Source: Myxococcota bacterium (GTDB taxonomy: Bacteria; Myxococcota_A; SURF-8). From it: a stretch of 64,000 nucleotides of DNA. Position numbers and translations under genes: made by a program. The DNA lies in assembly GCA_963674735.2 (NCBI GenBank), contig CAXXQS010000002.1:1952001-2016000 (forward strand), in the 5' to 3' direction. Every line of letters starts with the position of its first letter. Within the stretch, counting starts at the first letter, position 1. This document shows, in pieces, positions 10,791-20,425 of the stretch. The notes under the pieces were generated by a model, which searched no databases, had not been told where the DNA came from, and saw only the letters and a list, made by a program, of their open reading frames with translations.

Positions 10791-11953
10791 CAGATGCCTC
10801 CCTTCAGGTTGCTGCCGCGAACCGTATAGCGGCTGATGTTCAACAAAATGCCGATAGCCAGCAGATTCGCGACCAAGGCCGATCCTCCATATGAAATGAA
10901 AGGCAAGGCGATCCCTTTGGGTGGTAGAAGGCCCAACACCACGCCTGCATTCATGGAAAACTGGATGGCGATGAGTGTGGTGAGACCGAAGGCCAGAAAA
11001 CAACCGAAGGTGTCGGGGACGCGCAGAGCAATCAGATAACCGCGTATGATCAGAATGCCGAGTAAAGCGAAAAGACCGATTGTTCCGGCGAAACCGAGTT
11101 CTTGGCCATAGGTAGCTAGAATGAAATCGCTGTGCGCCTGTGGCAGAAAGAACATTTTCATGGTTCCTTCGCCTAAACCCAGGCCCCACAAACCGCCCGA
11201 TCCGAAACTGATGATCGATTCACGGACCTGGTAACAAAGCAGACGGTAGTCCTGCTGCGAGCCGAGAAAGGCCAGTTGATTGAGAAAGGCTTTGAGGCGA
11301 TAGAGACTGTGGGGAAAAATAACCACCATCAAGGCCAAGAGGGGAGTCAGGGCCAGCATGGTACCGATAAGGTAACGCAGAGGAGATCCGCCGACAAACA
11401 GCATGAGTAGCGTAACCGCGAGCAAAAGGAACATGGTCCCGAAATCCGGTGCGACCAGAATCAGGCAGAGGACAATCATCGGTACGATCAAGTGATTAAA
11501 GAACCCGGTCATAAATCCTTCGGCAATCTCGCGCCGTTTTGAAAGAGAGTAGGAAAGGTAAATAATAAGTGTGAGCTTGGCCAGCTCGGACGGTTGCACG
11601 GTTACGGGACCGATCATCAACCAGCGGCGTGCTCCCAGAACCTCCTTGCCGACTCCTGGAATTAGAACCAAAGTGAGCAGGGCCAAGGTGAAAAAGAGCA
11701 GCGGGTAAACCAGGCGGCGGTAGTTTTGATAGTTGAAGCGTGAAGCGACAACCAGCCCCACCAGCCCGATACCGGCGAATAGGAGCTGGCGCAGGAAGAA
11801 GAAAAATTGGTTATCGATATGCTTGCGGGCAAAAAAGGCGGACGAAGACAGCACCATCACTAAACCGAGCCCCAAGAGCATCAGAGCCGTGGCCAGGAGG
11901 ATGTTATCGGCGGGGCGTACCCCGCTCGGATTGGCTGTTGTTCGCGCGTTCAT
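10790..11953 (-). CDS. ftsW: peptidoglycan glycosyltransferase FtsW
   Basis: GARRW, QPSELAK, PDFG, LPQAHSDFI, LPFISYGGS; multiple TM helices. Confidence 0.97.
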   Translation of the reverse strand: MNARTTANPSGVRPADNILLATALMLLGLGLVMVLSSSAFFARKHIDNQFFFFLRQLLFAGIGLVGLVVASRFNYQNYRRLVYPLLFFTLALLTLVLIPGVGKEVLGARRWLMIGPVTVQPSELAKLTLIIYLSYSLSKRREIAEGFMTGFFNHLIVPMIVLCLILVAPDFGTMFLLLAVTLLMLFVGGSPLRYLIGTMLALTPLLALMVVIFPHSLYRLKAFLNQLAFLGSQQDYRLLCYQVRESIISFGSGGLWGLGLGEGTMKMFFLPQAHSDFILATYGQELGFAGTIGLFALLGILIIRGYLIALRVPDTFGCFLAFGLTTLIAIQFSMNAGVVLGLLPPKGIALPFISYGGSALVANLLAIGILLNISRYTVRGSNLKGGI

Positions 11954-11960
11954 TGTCCTC

Positions 11961-13046
11961 TTAGATGTTGAATTTCAGTTTCAGACTACTCAATCCCACC
12001 AATGCTAAAATGATGGAGATGATCCATAATCGGACGACCATCTTTTGTTCGGCCCATCGTAATTCGAGTGAATGATGAAACGGGGCGATCCGAAAAACCC
12101 GTTTTCCCGTCAACTTGAAAGATCCGACCTGGATGATCACCGATAAAGCTTCCAAGACGAAGACGCCGCCCACGATAACCATGAGCAGTTCGTTTTTCGT
12201 TGCGACTGCCACGGCTCCGAGGCTGGCCCCGAGTCCCAAGGAGCCGACATCACCCATAAAGACGCTGGCGGGGTGGGCGTTGTACCACAGGAAGGCCAGG
12301 CAGCATCCGAAGATGGCTCCGCAGAAGACGGTCAGCTCGCCCGCTTCGGCTACATAGGGGACGTTCAAGTATCCCGCGAAAATGACGTTGCCGGAGAGAT
12401 ACGCCAGGATGGCGTAAACGAGCGAGGAGGTCATCACCGGACCGACGGCGAGCCCATCCGCTCCGTCGGTCAGGTTTACCGCATTAGCCGTACCCACCAC
12501 CACCACGGAGGCGAAGGGCAGATAGAACCAAGCCGGGAGGGATGCAATCGGTTTCCAGATAAATGGAATGGCCAGGTCGGTGGTCAGGTTCGTCTGGGTG
12601 AACAAAATAAAGACCATCAGGAAGGTTAAGGCAAACTCGGCCACGATCTTGATGCTGCCTGCCAGGCCTTTCGTGTTTCGCTGCGAAACCTTCATGTAGT
12701 CGTCAACCAGACCGATCAGGCCGAAACCGGCCGCGAAGGCCAACATGGCCCAGGTAAACGGAGTATCCAGTCGCGCCCACAAAAACGTGGACAGTAGAAG
12801 TGACAGCAGAATCAGGCCGCCACCCATGGTGGGTGTCCCTTCTTTGGCCAAGTGGGACTCGAGCCCGTCTTTACGGATTGTCTGGCCATACTGGTGACGC
12901 TTCAAGGTCCGGATGAACCAGGGTGACAGACTGAACGTAATAATCAGCGCCGACAGCGTCGCCATAGCGGTACGGAACGAAATATATTTGAATACCCGGA
13001 AGGGCACGTCGCCGCCGAACCATTCGTAAAAGATATGGTAAAACAT
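11961..13046 (-). CDS. mraY: phospho-N-acetylmuramoyl-pentapeptide transferase
   Basis: KEGTPTMGG, DDY, NAVNLTDGADGL, FMGDVGS, APFHH. Confidence 0.98.
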   Translation of the reverse strand: MFYHIFYEWFGGDVPFRVFKYISFRTAMATLSALIITFSLSPWFIRTLKRHQYGQTIRKDGLESHLAKEGTPTMGGGLILLSLLLSTFLWARLDTPFTWAMLAFAAGFGLIGLVDDYMKVSQRNTKGLAGSIKIVAEFALTFLMVFILFTQTNLTTDLAIPFIWKPIASLPAWFYLPFASVVVVGTANAVNLTDGADGLAVGPVMTSSLVYAILAYLSGNVIFAGYLNVPYVAEAGELTVFCGAIFGCCLAFLWYNAHPASVFMGDVGSLGLGASLGAVAVATKNELLMVIVGGVFVLEALSVIIQVGSFKLTGKRVFRIAPFHHSLELRWAEQKMVVRLWIISIILALVGLSSLKLKFNI

Positions 13047-14462
13047 CTAATCGTTCTCCTTGGTCCGCCGCGCAAGAACATCCACGGCCCGCTCCATGTG
13101 CATGCTTCGCGAACCTTTTACCAACACGGCATCCCCGGGTCGAATACCTTCTAGCAGTCGGTTTTCATACTCGTTCCAGTCCTGGGTCGCGGAGACGTGC
13201 TGAATGTCGAGTCCACCCGCGAGCGCGCCATCCGCCATCCGACCGGACAGCGGTCCGAAGGCCAGAAGCAACTTGACTCCGCTTTGCGCCGCCTTTTTGC
13301 CCACTTCGAAGTGGTAATCGGCGCTGGCTTCGCCCAATTCCAACATGTCGCCGAGGCAGGCCACCCGCCGTTTGTCGGGGGCCAGATCGGCCAGCACCGA
13401 AAAGGCGGCGGTCATCGAGGCCGGATTTGCATTATAGGCATCGTCGATCAATAGCAGCTCGGGAATATCCCGTCGCAGTTTAAGGCGTGCGCCCGGAACC
13501 TGAACCTGGGACAAGCCTTCGACCATTGCTTCGGGCGGGAGACTATAGGCCTGAGCGATGGCGATGGCGGCCAAGGCGTTCATCAAATTGTGTTGTCCCG
13601 GAAGAGGCAGGTGGAAATGAATATCCGTATCCACGACGTGCACCGTTGCTTCGCTGCCATTGGAGTCCAAACGACTGGCCACGGGATAAATGTCCGCGTG
13701 GGTATCCTGCAGCGAAAAGCTCAGACGACGTGCGACGGTCTTTTTTCCCAACTCCTTGGTGAATGGATTGTCCAGGTTGACGATCGCCCAGTCGTCGACG
13801 CTCAACTGCTCGAACAATTCCCCTTTGGCTTCGGCAACGGCCGCTTCGCTGCCTAGTGTTTCCAGATGGGCGGCATGGACATTGGTGATAAGGCCGATAT
13901 GGGGTTGGGCGATGGCGGCCAGACGCCGGATTTCACCACGCTCGCTCATGCCCATTTCAATGATGGCCGCACGCTCGTCACGCAGACGGAGTAACGTTAG
14001 GGGCAGACCGATGAGATTGTTGAAATTTCCGTCGGTTTTCAGGGTGGGAATCTGGGTTGCAAAAATGCCGGCGGCCATTTCTTTCGTGGTAGTCTTGCCG
14101 TTCGAACCGGTGATACCCACGACATCCGGGGCCACCGTTGCACGCCAAAAAGCCGCAAGGTCGCCAAGTGCCTTTAGCGTATCATGTACCAGAAAGACGG
14201 TACATTTGGGTGAAGCGGTTAGCCAGGCATTGACCTCGCCGCTGTGCGAGACCACCGCTCCCGCCGCTCCCGCTTCGAGGGCGCGTGCGACGAAAGCATG
14301 TCCATCGAAACTCTCCCCTTTCAGCGCGATAAACAAAGCGTTCGGCTGCAACGTTCGTGTGTCGGTGGAAACCGATGTCGCATGCATATTGGGATTACCG
14401 AAGCAGCGGATCGGCGTGATGGCTTGAACGATTTGGGGATATTGCAACAGGAAGTCGCTCAT
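13047..14462 (-). CDS. murF: UDP-MurNAc-tripeptide--D-Ala-D-Ala ligase
   Basis: GITGSNGKTTTKE, NFNNLIGLP, DDAYNANP, GDMLELG, VKGSR. Confidence 0.98.
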   Translation of the reverse strand: MSDFLLQYPQIVQAITPIRCFGNPNMHATSVSTDTRTLQPNALFIALKGESFDGHAFVARALEAGAAGAVVSHSGEVNAWLTASPKCTVFLVHDTLKALGDLAAFWRATVAPDVVGITGSNGKTTTKEMAAGIFATQIPTLKTDGNFNNLIGLPLTLLRLRDERAAIIEMGMSERGEIRRLAAIAQPHIGLITNVHAAHLETLGSEAAVAEAKGELFEQLSVDDWAIVNLDNPFTKELGKKTVARRLSFSLQDTHADIYPVASRLDSNGSEATVHVVDTDIHFHLPLPGQHNLMNALAAIAIAQAYSLPPEAMVEGLSQVQVPGARLKLRRDIPELLLIDDAYNANPASMTAAFSVLADLAPDKRRVACLGDMLELGEASADYHFEVGKKAAQSGVKLLLAFGPLSGRMADGALAGGLDIQHVSATQDWNEYENRLLEGIRPGDAVLVKGSRSMHMERAVDVLARRTKEND

Positions 14463-15988
14463 GTGTCGCCTTCCTTTCGCTTGTCGGCGATGGCGGCTGC
14501 CGCCTCTTCGCGGTCGTCGAAATGATGTTTGGTGCTTCCCAGGATCTGATAGTCTTCGTGACCTTTGCCTGAAATCAGAATGACATCGCCCGGCTGGGCC
14601 AACCGCACCGCGTGCCGAATCGCCTCGCGCCGGTTTTCGATCACCAGGTAGCTATTTGTGTCGATAGCGCACGTCTCCGCATCGATGGCGCGGCGGCCCG
14701 TCGAATCGATGCCGGAGCGAATCTCATCGATGATGGCGAAGGGATCTTCCGTGCGCGGATTATCGGAGGTGACGATCGGAATATCGGCCAGTTCGGAAGC
14801 AATACGGCCCATAATGGGACGTTTGCCGCGATCGCGATCGCCTCCACAGCCGAAAACCACAAACAGGCGGCCGGTTTTTAGCGGGTTCAGAACACTGATA
14901 GCGTTTTCCAATGCATCCGGTGTGTGGCTGTAATCGACGAAAACAGACAAATTGTCGTCGTTCGCAACGCGCTCCAGTCTGCCGGGAATATTCGGGCAGG
15001 CACCCAAACCCCGTGCGGCTTGTTCGGGATCAAGTCCCAATGCCAACCCGATACCCAGCGCTTGCAACATGTTGGCCGCGTTGTAACGCCCGATGAGCGA
15101 ACTTTCGAGAATGAGACGTTTTCCGAGGGCGTCGACGACGACCCGGGTTCCGCCGAGCGAAACATCCAGTTCGCAGGAGCGGATTTCCGCGTTTGATTCC
15201 GGGGTCAACGAGAAGCGGAATATCGATCCCGAGAATTCTCGGATCATGTCGTTGCCTGCCGGATCATCCGCGTTGATCACGGCGGATGGTGACGCTTTCC
15301 GGCTGTTCTTCAGCAGAGGGACAAACAACCTTCGCTTGGCATTGGCATAGTCTGCCATCGTGGCATGATAATCGAGATGGTCGCGCGTCAAATTGGTGAA
15401 CAATGCGCAGTCGAGTTCCGTGCCGTCGAGACGATGTTGTTCCAGAGCGTGCGATGAGGCTTCCATCAAAACGTCTGTGACGCCGGCTCGATGCATGTCG
15501 GCGAGCAGCTGCTGTAATTCCAACGGACCGGGAGTGGTGGTCGGTGCCGGGATCAGGCGTCCGGCATAGCGATAATTGATGGTACCGATCACACCCACCG
15601 CTCGACCGGCATGCGACAGCATGGCTTCGGCCAGATACGTTGTGGATGTTTTCCCGTTCGTGCCGGTAATGGCGGTGACGGTCATTTTTTGTGAAGGGTG
15701 TCCGTGGAAGGCGGCGGCGAGGGAGCCGGCGATGGTTCGGGTATTGGGGACCACGGCCAGCGCGACCGATTCGGGCACCTGGCTGCCATCTTCGGCGATG
15801 ATAGCCGACACTCCGGCTGAAAGCGCGTTGGAAATGAAACTGTGACCATCGGCGGCCGTACCGCGAATGGCGATAAAGGCGACGCCGGGCCCCGCCTGCC
15901 GCGAGTCGGTGCATAGACGGGTAATGCCTGGGTCTCCCCCGTGCCGTTTCGCGACTTCCACATGCTGAATCAGGTTTGAAAACTTCAT
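14459..15988 (-). CDS. murE: UDP-MurNAc-dipeptide--meso-DAP ligase
   Basis: TGTNGKTS, DHLDYH, VDYSHTPD, DNPR (DAP-specific motif), GKGHEDYQ. Confidence 0.98.
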   Translation of the reverse strand: MKFSNLIQHVEVAKRHGGDPGITRLCTDSRQAGPGVAFIAIRGTAADGHSFISNALSAGVSAIIAEDGSQVPESVALAVVPNTRTIAGSLAAAFHGHPSQKMTVTAITGTNGKTSTTYLAEAMLSHAGRAVGVIGTINYRYAGRLIPAPTTTPGPLELQQLLADMHRAGVTDVLMEASSHALEQHRLDGTELDCALFTNLTRDHLDYHATMADYANAKRRLFVPLLKNSRKASPSAVINADDPAGNDMIREFSGSIFRFSLTPESNAEIRSCELDVSLGGTRVVVDALGKRLILESSLIGRYNAANMLQALGIGLALGLDPEQAARGLGACPNIPGRLERVANDDNLSVFVDYSHTPDALENAISVLNPLKTGRLFVVFGCGGDRDRGKRPIMGRIASELADIPIVTSDNPRTEDPFAIIDEIRSGIDSTGRRAIDAETCAIDTNSYLVIENRREAIRHAVRLAQPGDVILISGKGHEDYQILGSTKHHFDDREEAAAAIADKRKEGDT

Positions 15989-17733
15989 GGCTCCTCCAAT
16001 AGGTTCGCCTGCTGTACGCAGACACCCAAAATGGGAGCGATTTCTTTTGCTATGTTATGAAATGCCGGGGCGGCGATGTCGCCGCCGTAATATTCATCGC
16101 CACGGGGTTCATCCACCATCACCAACAGGACGACACGCGGGTCTTGAGCGGGGAACAAACCGAGAAAACTACCGGTCCAGTAGATCCGCTCACCCGCTCT
16201 GGCATTCATGGCCAGCTTTTCCGATGTTCCCGTTTTCCCCGCGACTTGGCAGCCTTCGATCAGAGCCTTGCGCCCCGTTCCTTCGGTGGAAGCGGCCATG
16301 GCCAGCATGTCGATAAGTTGCCGGGACGTGCGTTCCGAGATGACTTGGCGGACGACACTGGGCTCGAACACTTTCTTTTCGACGCCATCCGCCGTCGTCA
16401 CTCGATCAACCACACGCGGGCGCATCAGTTTTCCACCATTGGCGATGGCCGACATGGCGGTGACCAATTGAATGGCGGTCACGTTGAGTCCCTGGCCGAA
16501 GGAAATCGTTGCCAGCTCGATTGGTTCCCAGTCCTCGGGTTTGGCTAGAAGTCCGGCCGATTCCGCCGGGAGGCGGATGCCACTTTTCTCGCCGAAACCG
16601 AAATCGCGCAAAATGGCATAGACCGAGTCTGCTCCCAGATCCGTACCGATTTTGGCGGCACCGATGTTGCTGGATTTGGCGATGACCTCGTTGACGCTCA
16701 GCCACCCATGACGTTTGGTGTCGTGAATGGTGTTGGGTCCGATCGTGAATTCGCCGAAACCGCAGTAAATTTTATCGTCGGGGACCAGCTGGGCCGTTTC
16801 CAGCGCTTGGGCGACAATGAAGGGCTTCAGGGTCGATCCCGGTTCATAGACCCATTCCACAGCTGCATTGTGCAGGCGAGATGGCTTGACCCCATTGAGG
16901 TTGTTCGGGTCGAAAGTCGGATACTGCGCCATGGCAAGAATGCCGCCGCTACGGGGATCCATCGCGATGGCGATCCCGACCCGAGCTTTGCTCGATTTTA
17001 CCGCTTTTTCAATCTCGCGTTCCGCCACGTATTGAATATTTTTATCCAATGTCAGGTAGAGGTGATCTCCGGTCGGAACGTCCAGCGTCAGGTCGAGATG
17101 CTCCCAGGTTACTTTTCCCGATGGGTCGCGCAGGCCTTGCAAGGTTCGTTCGCTGCCACGAAGGTCGTCGTTGAAACGCATTTCCAGGCCCATGCGGCCC
17201 TTCATGTCCATGTTTGTGAAGCCGAGAATTGGAGAGGCCAATTGACCGAAAGCGTATAGGCGTTTGTCTTCTTTCACGAAGGACAGGCCGCTTGGACGCT
17301 TCTCCTCCGGTAGTTCGGCCAATGCTTCGTTCACGCGGGTTTCGTCCGAGGCATCAAGGCGTCGGGCCAACCAAACAAAATAGCGCTTGCTGTCCAGCCG
17401 CGCCAGAACGCTGTCCGGTAGATCGAGGACGCGCTTGAGCAACTGTTTGGCGGTGCTGATTTCTTCGGGGGACATATTGCGCGGTTGCGCCATCAACGAC
17501 GGCACCTGCTGGTTGCTGGCCAGGATGCGCTGCCGTCTGTCGAATATTTTACCGCGTCGCGGCTGAATGACGACCGATCCGGCGGTTTGGCGCTGGGCCA
17601 TGCCTGCGTGACGTTCTCCTTGGAGAACCTGCAAGGAAAACGCCTGGCCACCGATGGCCGTGAGCCCGAGAAACAGCAGGCCGACGACAATCAGGATGCG
17701 GCGATGTACTTTGCGATAGTCACGATCCAACAT
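15985..17733 (-). CDS. ftsI: penicillin-binding protein 3 (FtsI), class B PBP
   Basis: RGKIFDR, EPGSTLK (SxxK), SSN (SxN), KTGT; position in dcw cluster. Confidence 0.95.
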   Translation of the reverse strand: MLDRDYRKVHRRILIVVGLLFLGLTAIGGQAFSLQVLQGERHAGMAQRQTAGSVVIQPRRGKIFDRRQRILASNQQVPSLMAQPRNMSPEEISTAKQLLKRVLDLPDSVLARLDSKRYFVWLARRLDASDETRVNEALAELPEEKRPSGLSFVKEDKRLYAFGQLASPILGFTNMDMKGRMGLEMRFNDDLRGSERTLQGLRDPSGKVTWEHLDLTLDVPTGDHLYLTLDKNIQYVAEREIEKAVKSSKARVGIAIAMDPRSGGILAMAQYPTFDPNNLNGVKPSRLHNAAVEWVYEPGSTLKPFIVAQALETAQLVPDDKIYCGFGEFTIGPNTIHDTKRHGWLSVNEVIAKSSNIGAAKIGTDLGADSVYAILRDFGFGEKSGIRLPAESAGLLAKPEDWEPIELATISFGQGLNVTAIQLVTAMSAIANGGKLMRPRVVDRVTTADGVEKKVFEPSVVRQVISERTSRQLIDMLAMAASTEGTGRKALIEGCQVAGKTGTSEKLAMNARAGERIYWTGSFLGLFPAQDPRVVLLVMVDEPRGDEYYGGDIAAPAFHNIAKEIAPILGVCVQQANLLEEP

Positions 17734-17745
17734 GAGCCGAGTCCG

Positions 17746-18216
17746 TTAAGGTAACCGTACCACTTGCGTGTGGGACGGGGGTTGCATTCCGCGCTGCTTG
17801 GCACGCTTGATAATCAGGTCCGGTTGCTTGTAAGCGCCGATGCGTTCAAGCAGCTTTTCCCGGTCTTTCATCAGTTGCAGTTCTTCATGCTTCATTTCCG
17901 TCATTTCGAAACGCGTGGCCCGGGTTTGTACCCGCAGATAGACGAAAGTGCTGGCCGAAAGGATAATCAGCACCAGGGTTATGAAAAAGACCAGGCGTTC
18001 CCAGGTCTTTGCTCCGCCTTCGAGTGTGGTGATCGCGGGCGAAAGGGATTTCCGCTTGGGCGAAGGTGACGCCATGGGCGGAAGGGCTGCCTCATTGGCA
18101 GACCGACGGCTTCGACGCACCGGACGGGACGCGGTTTTCTTGTTTCTGGGTTGCCGATTGCGGCGCGGCAAACTGATGCTGGCTGTGTTGCGTTTGGTCT
18201 GGGTCAGGTGAGTCAT
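17746..18216 (-). CDS. ftsL: cell division protein FtsL-like
   Basis: basic N-terminus, one TM helix, coiled coil, C-terminal AKQRGMQPP; lies between rsmH and ftsI. Confidence 0.75.
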   Translation of the reverse strand: MTHLTQTKRNTASISLPRRNRQPRNKKTASRPVRRSRRSANEAALPPMASPSPKRKSLSPAITTLEGGAKTWERLVFFITLVLIILSASTFVYLRVQTRATRFEMTEMKHEELQLMKDREKLLERIGAYKQPDLIIKRAKQRGMQPPSHTQVVRLP

Positions 18217-19151
18217 GGACGTCTCCTTTCCGCTACACGCAATTTCGCGCTTCGGGCGCGCGGGTTGGCGCTGATTTCATCTTCGCCCGGGATAGTCGGT
18301 TTCCGGGTGATGAGGCTCACTTCCTGGACTTTTCCACAGGTGCAGACGGGAAGTCCCGGAGGACAGACGCAGGCGCGAGCCCAATCGCGGAATGTGTGAC
18401 GCACGTGACGATCTTCCAGGCTGTGATAGGCGATGATTGCCATTCGGCCGCCTGGGTTCAGGGCGTCGAGTGCCTGGGGAAGCAGCCGTTCAAGATTCTC
18501 CATTTCACCGTTTGCGGCGATACGCAGTGCCTGGAAGCTGCGGGTGGCTGGATGGATGCGACGCGAGTGACGCTTTCTCGGGATTGCCGCTGCGACCGTA
18601 TCGGCCAGATCGGCGGTGCTGTTCAGGGTTCCATCGCTCAAGCGGTTTTTAATGGCGCGCGCAATACGACGGGCCATGGGTTCCTCTCCGTAACGGGCCA
18701 GGATCAGTTCGAGTTCACGTTCCGATACCCGTTCGATCAGTTCCCGGGCCGATTCTCCTCGGCTGGTGTCGAAGCGCATATCGATGGGCCCCTCGAAGCG
18801 GAAGCTGAAGCCGCGCGTCGGATCGTCGAGCTGTACGGAACTGAGACCCAAATCCGCCAGCAGACCGTCGATGCGGCTGATTCCCGCGCGGTCGAGAGCT
18901 TGGCGTAGATCGGCGAAGTTGCTTTGTACCAGCTTCAGCCGTTCTCCCACCCCCTCGTAACGTTTGCGGGTTCGTTCGATCATACCGCCATCCAAATCCA
19001 ATCCGATCACGATTCCATCCGGTGCCGAGGCGTCAAGCATGGCTCCGGCATGCCCGCCGCCGTTTACGGTGCAGTCCACATACACACCGCCGGGACGAAC
19101 ATCGAGAAGCTTGATGATCTCAGGTGCCAGAACTGGGAGATGCGCGCCCAT
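18213..19151 (-). CDS. rsmH: 16S rRNA (cytosine1402-N4)-methyltransferase
   Basis: HLPVL, DCTVNGGGH, DLGLSS, RGFSF, DMR, HSLEDR, NPRARSAKLR; start placed at ATG 19151 (MGAHLPV). Confidence 0.97.
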   Translation of the reverse strand: MGAHLPVLAPEIIKLLDVRPGGVYVDCTVNGGGHAGAMLDASAPDGIVIGLDLDGGMIERTRKRYEGVGERLKLVQSNFADLRQALDRAGISRIDGLLADLGLSSVQLDDPTRGFSFRFEGPIDMRFDTSRGESARELIERVSERELELILARYGEEPMARRIARAIKNRLSDGTLNSTADLADTVAAAIPRKRHSRRIHPATRSFQALRIAANGEMENLERLLPQALDALNPGGRMAIIAYHSLEDRHVRHTFRDWARACVCPPGLPVCTCGKVQEVSLITRKPTIPGEDEISANPRARSAKLRVAERRRP

Positions 19152-19155
19152 CCTG

Positions 19156-19494
19156 TTAGCAGCTGACCGTGTCGATGGCTTCGGACAAGCTTTCCGACAG
19201 TCCGAAACGCGGATCACCGCACATGAAGGCCAGGATATCGCGCACGTAGCGGTTTGCTCCCGCCAGCACCAAGTGCCCCTGCGAGCCGTGAAGACGGTGC
19301 TCGGTTTGAGTAAACAGGTCGGCGGCCCGATAGTGCAGGTGTTCGGTTTCGGACAGATCCACCACCACTTGCCGCAACCCGTGGTCGAGGCAGGTGTCGA
19401 GAGTAAGCCGTAGTTGGCGCAAATGTTCGCGCTCGATGGTTATTCCCGGATGAATGACGGCGGTTCCGTTCCGTTGTTCGGTGACGGAAAACAT
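19156..19494 (-). CDS. STAS-domain (anti-sigma-factor antagonist-like) protein
   Basis: about 112 aa from ATG 19494 after a GGGAG RBS; VVVDLSETEHLHY...GHLVLAGANRYVRDIL STAS pattern. Confidence 0.75.
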   Translation of the reverse strand: MFSVTEQRNGTAVIHPGITIEREHLRQLRLTLDTCLDHGLRQVVVDLSETEHLHYRAADLFTQTEHRLHGSQGHLVLAGANRYVRDILAFMCGDPRFGLSESLSEAIDTVSC

Positions 19495-19534
19495 CGTTCC
19501 CAGCTCCCTTATTCCCGTTGAGTATCCCGATGCG

Positions 19535-20017
19535 TTACCCGGTGAAGTGGTCGTCGTTCTCCATGAGCACCTGGTACGCTTCGTTTCGAAGGTCGTCATC
19601 GCGGGCCTCAAAACGATCTTTGGCCCACAATTCCATCATATTCCCGCTTCCAATCCACAAAATATCTCCGGCCAGGCCGGCAAATTCTCGATAATACGGA
19701 GGGATGACAATGCGTCCCTGAGCGTCCAGTTTGCAGGCAATGGCCTGCGAAACATAGCCGCGTAAAAGCTTGCGTCGGCGCTGCGCGCCCGGCATGCGAT
19801 TGGCTTCTTCACAGAATCGATCCCAAGCGTGAGACGGCCAGATTTCCAGGTAACGGTCCTGGGGGTCGAGTCCCTTCACGAGCCAGACCGCTTCCTCACC
19901 GTTGTCCGGAATCAACAGCCGGAACGGCTTGGGAATGCCCACGCGATTCTTCGAATCGATCTGTTTGGCGTGGGTGCCGCGAAAGAGTGCGGCGGCTGTC
20001 TCTTGAAGAGTGTCCAT
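19535..20017 (-). CDS. mraZ: division/cell wall cluster transcriptional repressor MraZ
   Basis: FRGTHAKQIDSKNRVGIP and LDAQGRIVIP (two DxxGR-type repeats); first gene of the dcw cluster. Confidence 0.95.
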   Translation of the reverse strand: MDTLQETAAALFRGTHAKQIDSKNRVGIPKPFRLLIPDNGEEAVWLVKGLDPQDRYLEIWPSHAWDRFCEEANRMPGAQRRRKLLRGYVSQAIACKLDAQGRIVIPPYYREFAGLAGDILWIGSGNMMELWAKDRFEARDDDLRNEAYQVLMENDDHFTG

Positions 20018-20120
20018 CTCACCTATTGCGCCGGTTGGTACCCTATGCTAGAATAAATACTTAATACCGGTCGTCGGACGACCGGGTTTTGGATTCCAAA
20101 GGTGCCCGGTTTTTTTCCCA

Positions 20121-20155
20121 TAGGGAAATCTTGGGATTAATAGGGCCACATAGGG
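20121..20155. promoter_or_regulatory. putative MraZ operator: four T(A/T)GGG boxes at 10-bp period
   Basis: TAGGG 20121, TTGGG 20131, TAGGG 20141, TAGGG 20151, immediately downstream of the predicted dcw -10 element. Confidence 0.7.
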
Positions 20156-20156
20156 A

Positions 20157-20185
20157 ATGATAGCAAAGTACCTATTATACGGCAA
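20157..20185 (-). promoter_or_regulatory. putative sigma70 promoter of the mraZ/dcw operon
   Basis: minus strand TTGCCG-N17-TATCAT with an extended -10 (TGC-TATCAT). Confidence 0.6.
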
Positions 20186-20221
20186 CACCTTTTTAGGCGT
20201 GGTGGCCGCTTTTTTTGTCGA

Positions 20222-20269
20222 TATCAATATGTTGTGTTGGCTATCAATTGACTACACAACATCTAGTGG
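20222..20269. promoter_or_regulatory. tandem NrdR-box-like sites
   Basis: TATCAATATGTTGTGT (20222-20237) and ACACAACATCTAGTGG (20254-20269) resemble the NrdR consensus acaCwAtATaTwGtgt; starts are 32 bp apart. Confidence 0.6.
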
Positions 20270-20425
20270 GTGTTGACGAGAGAATGAGGTTGCAGATCGT
20301 GAAAAATTGAGAGAAGGCCGCTCTCAAATCATTAATAATATTAATATTTTGCCTAATGTCGGGCAGGTGGGGAAGCGGTTACGGTTCAGTCGCTGATGGC
20401 TTGATGGAGACAGGCAGTTGGATAT

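Noticed and set aside
10791-11189. 130-aa N-terminal extension of MurG in the ORF track
   Set aside because: It overlaps ftsW; the real start is the ATG at 10790 (MRLLIAGGGTGGH).
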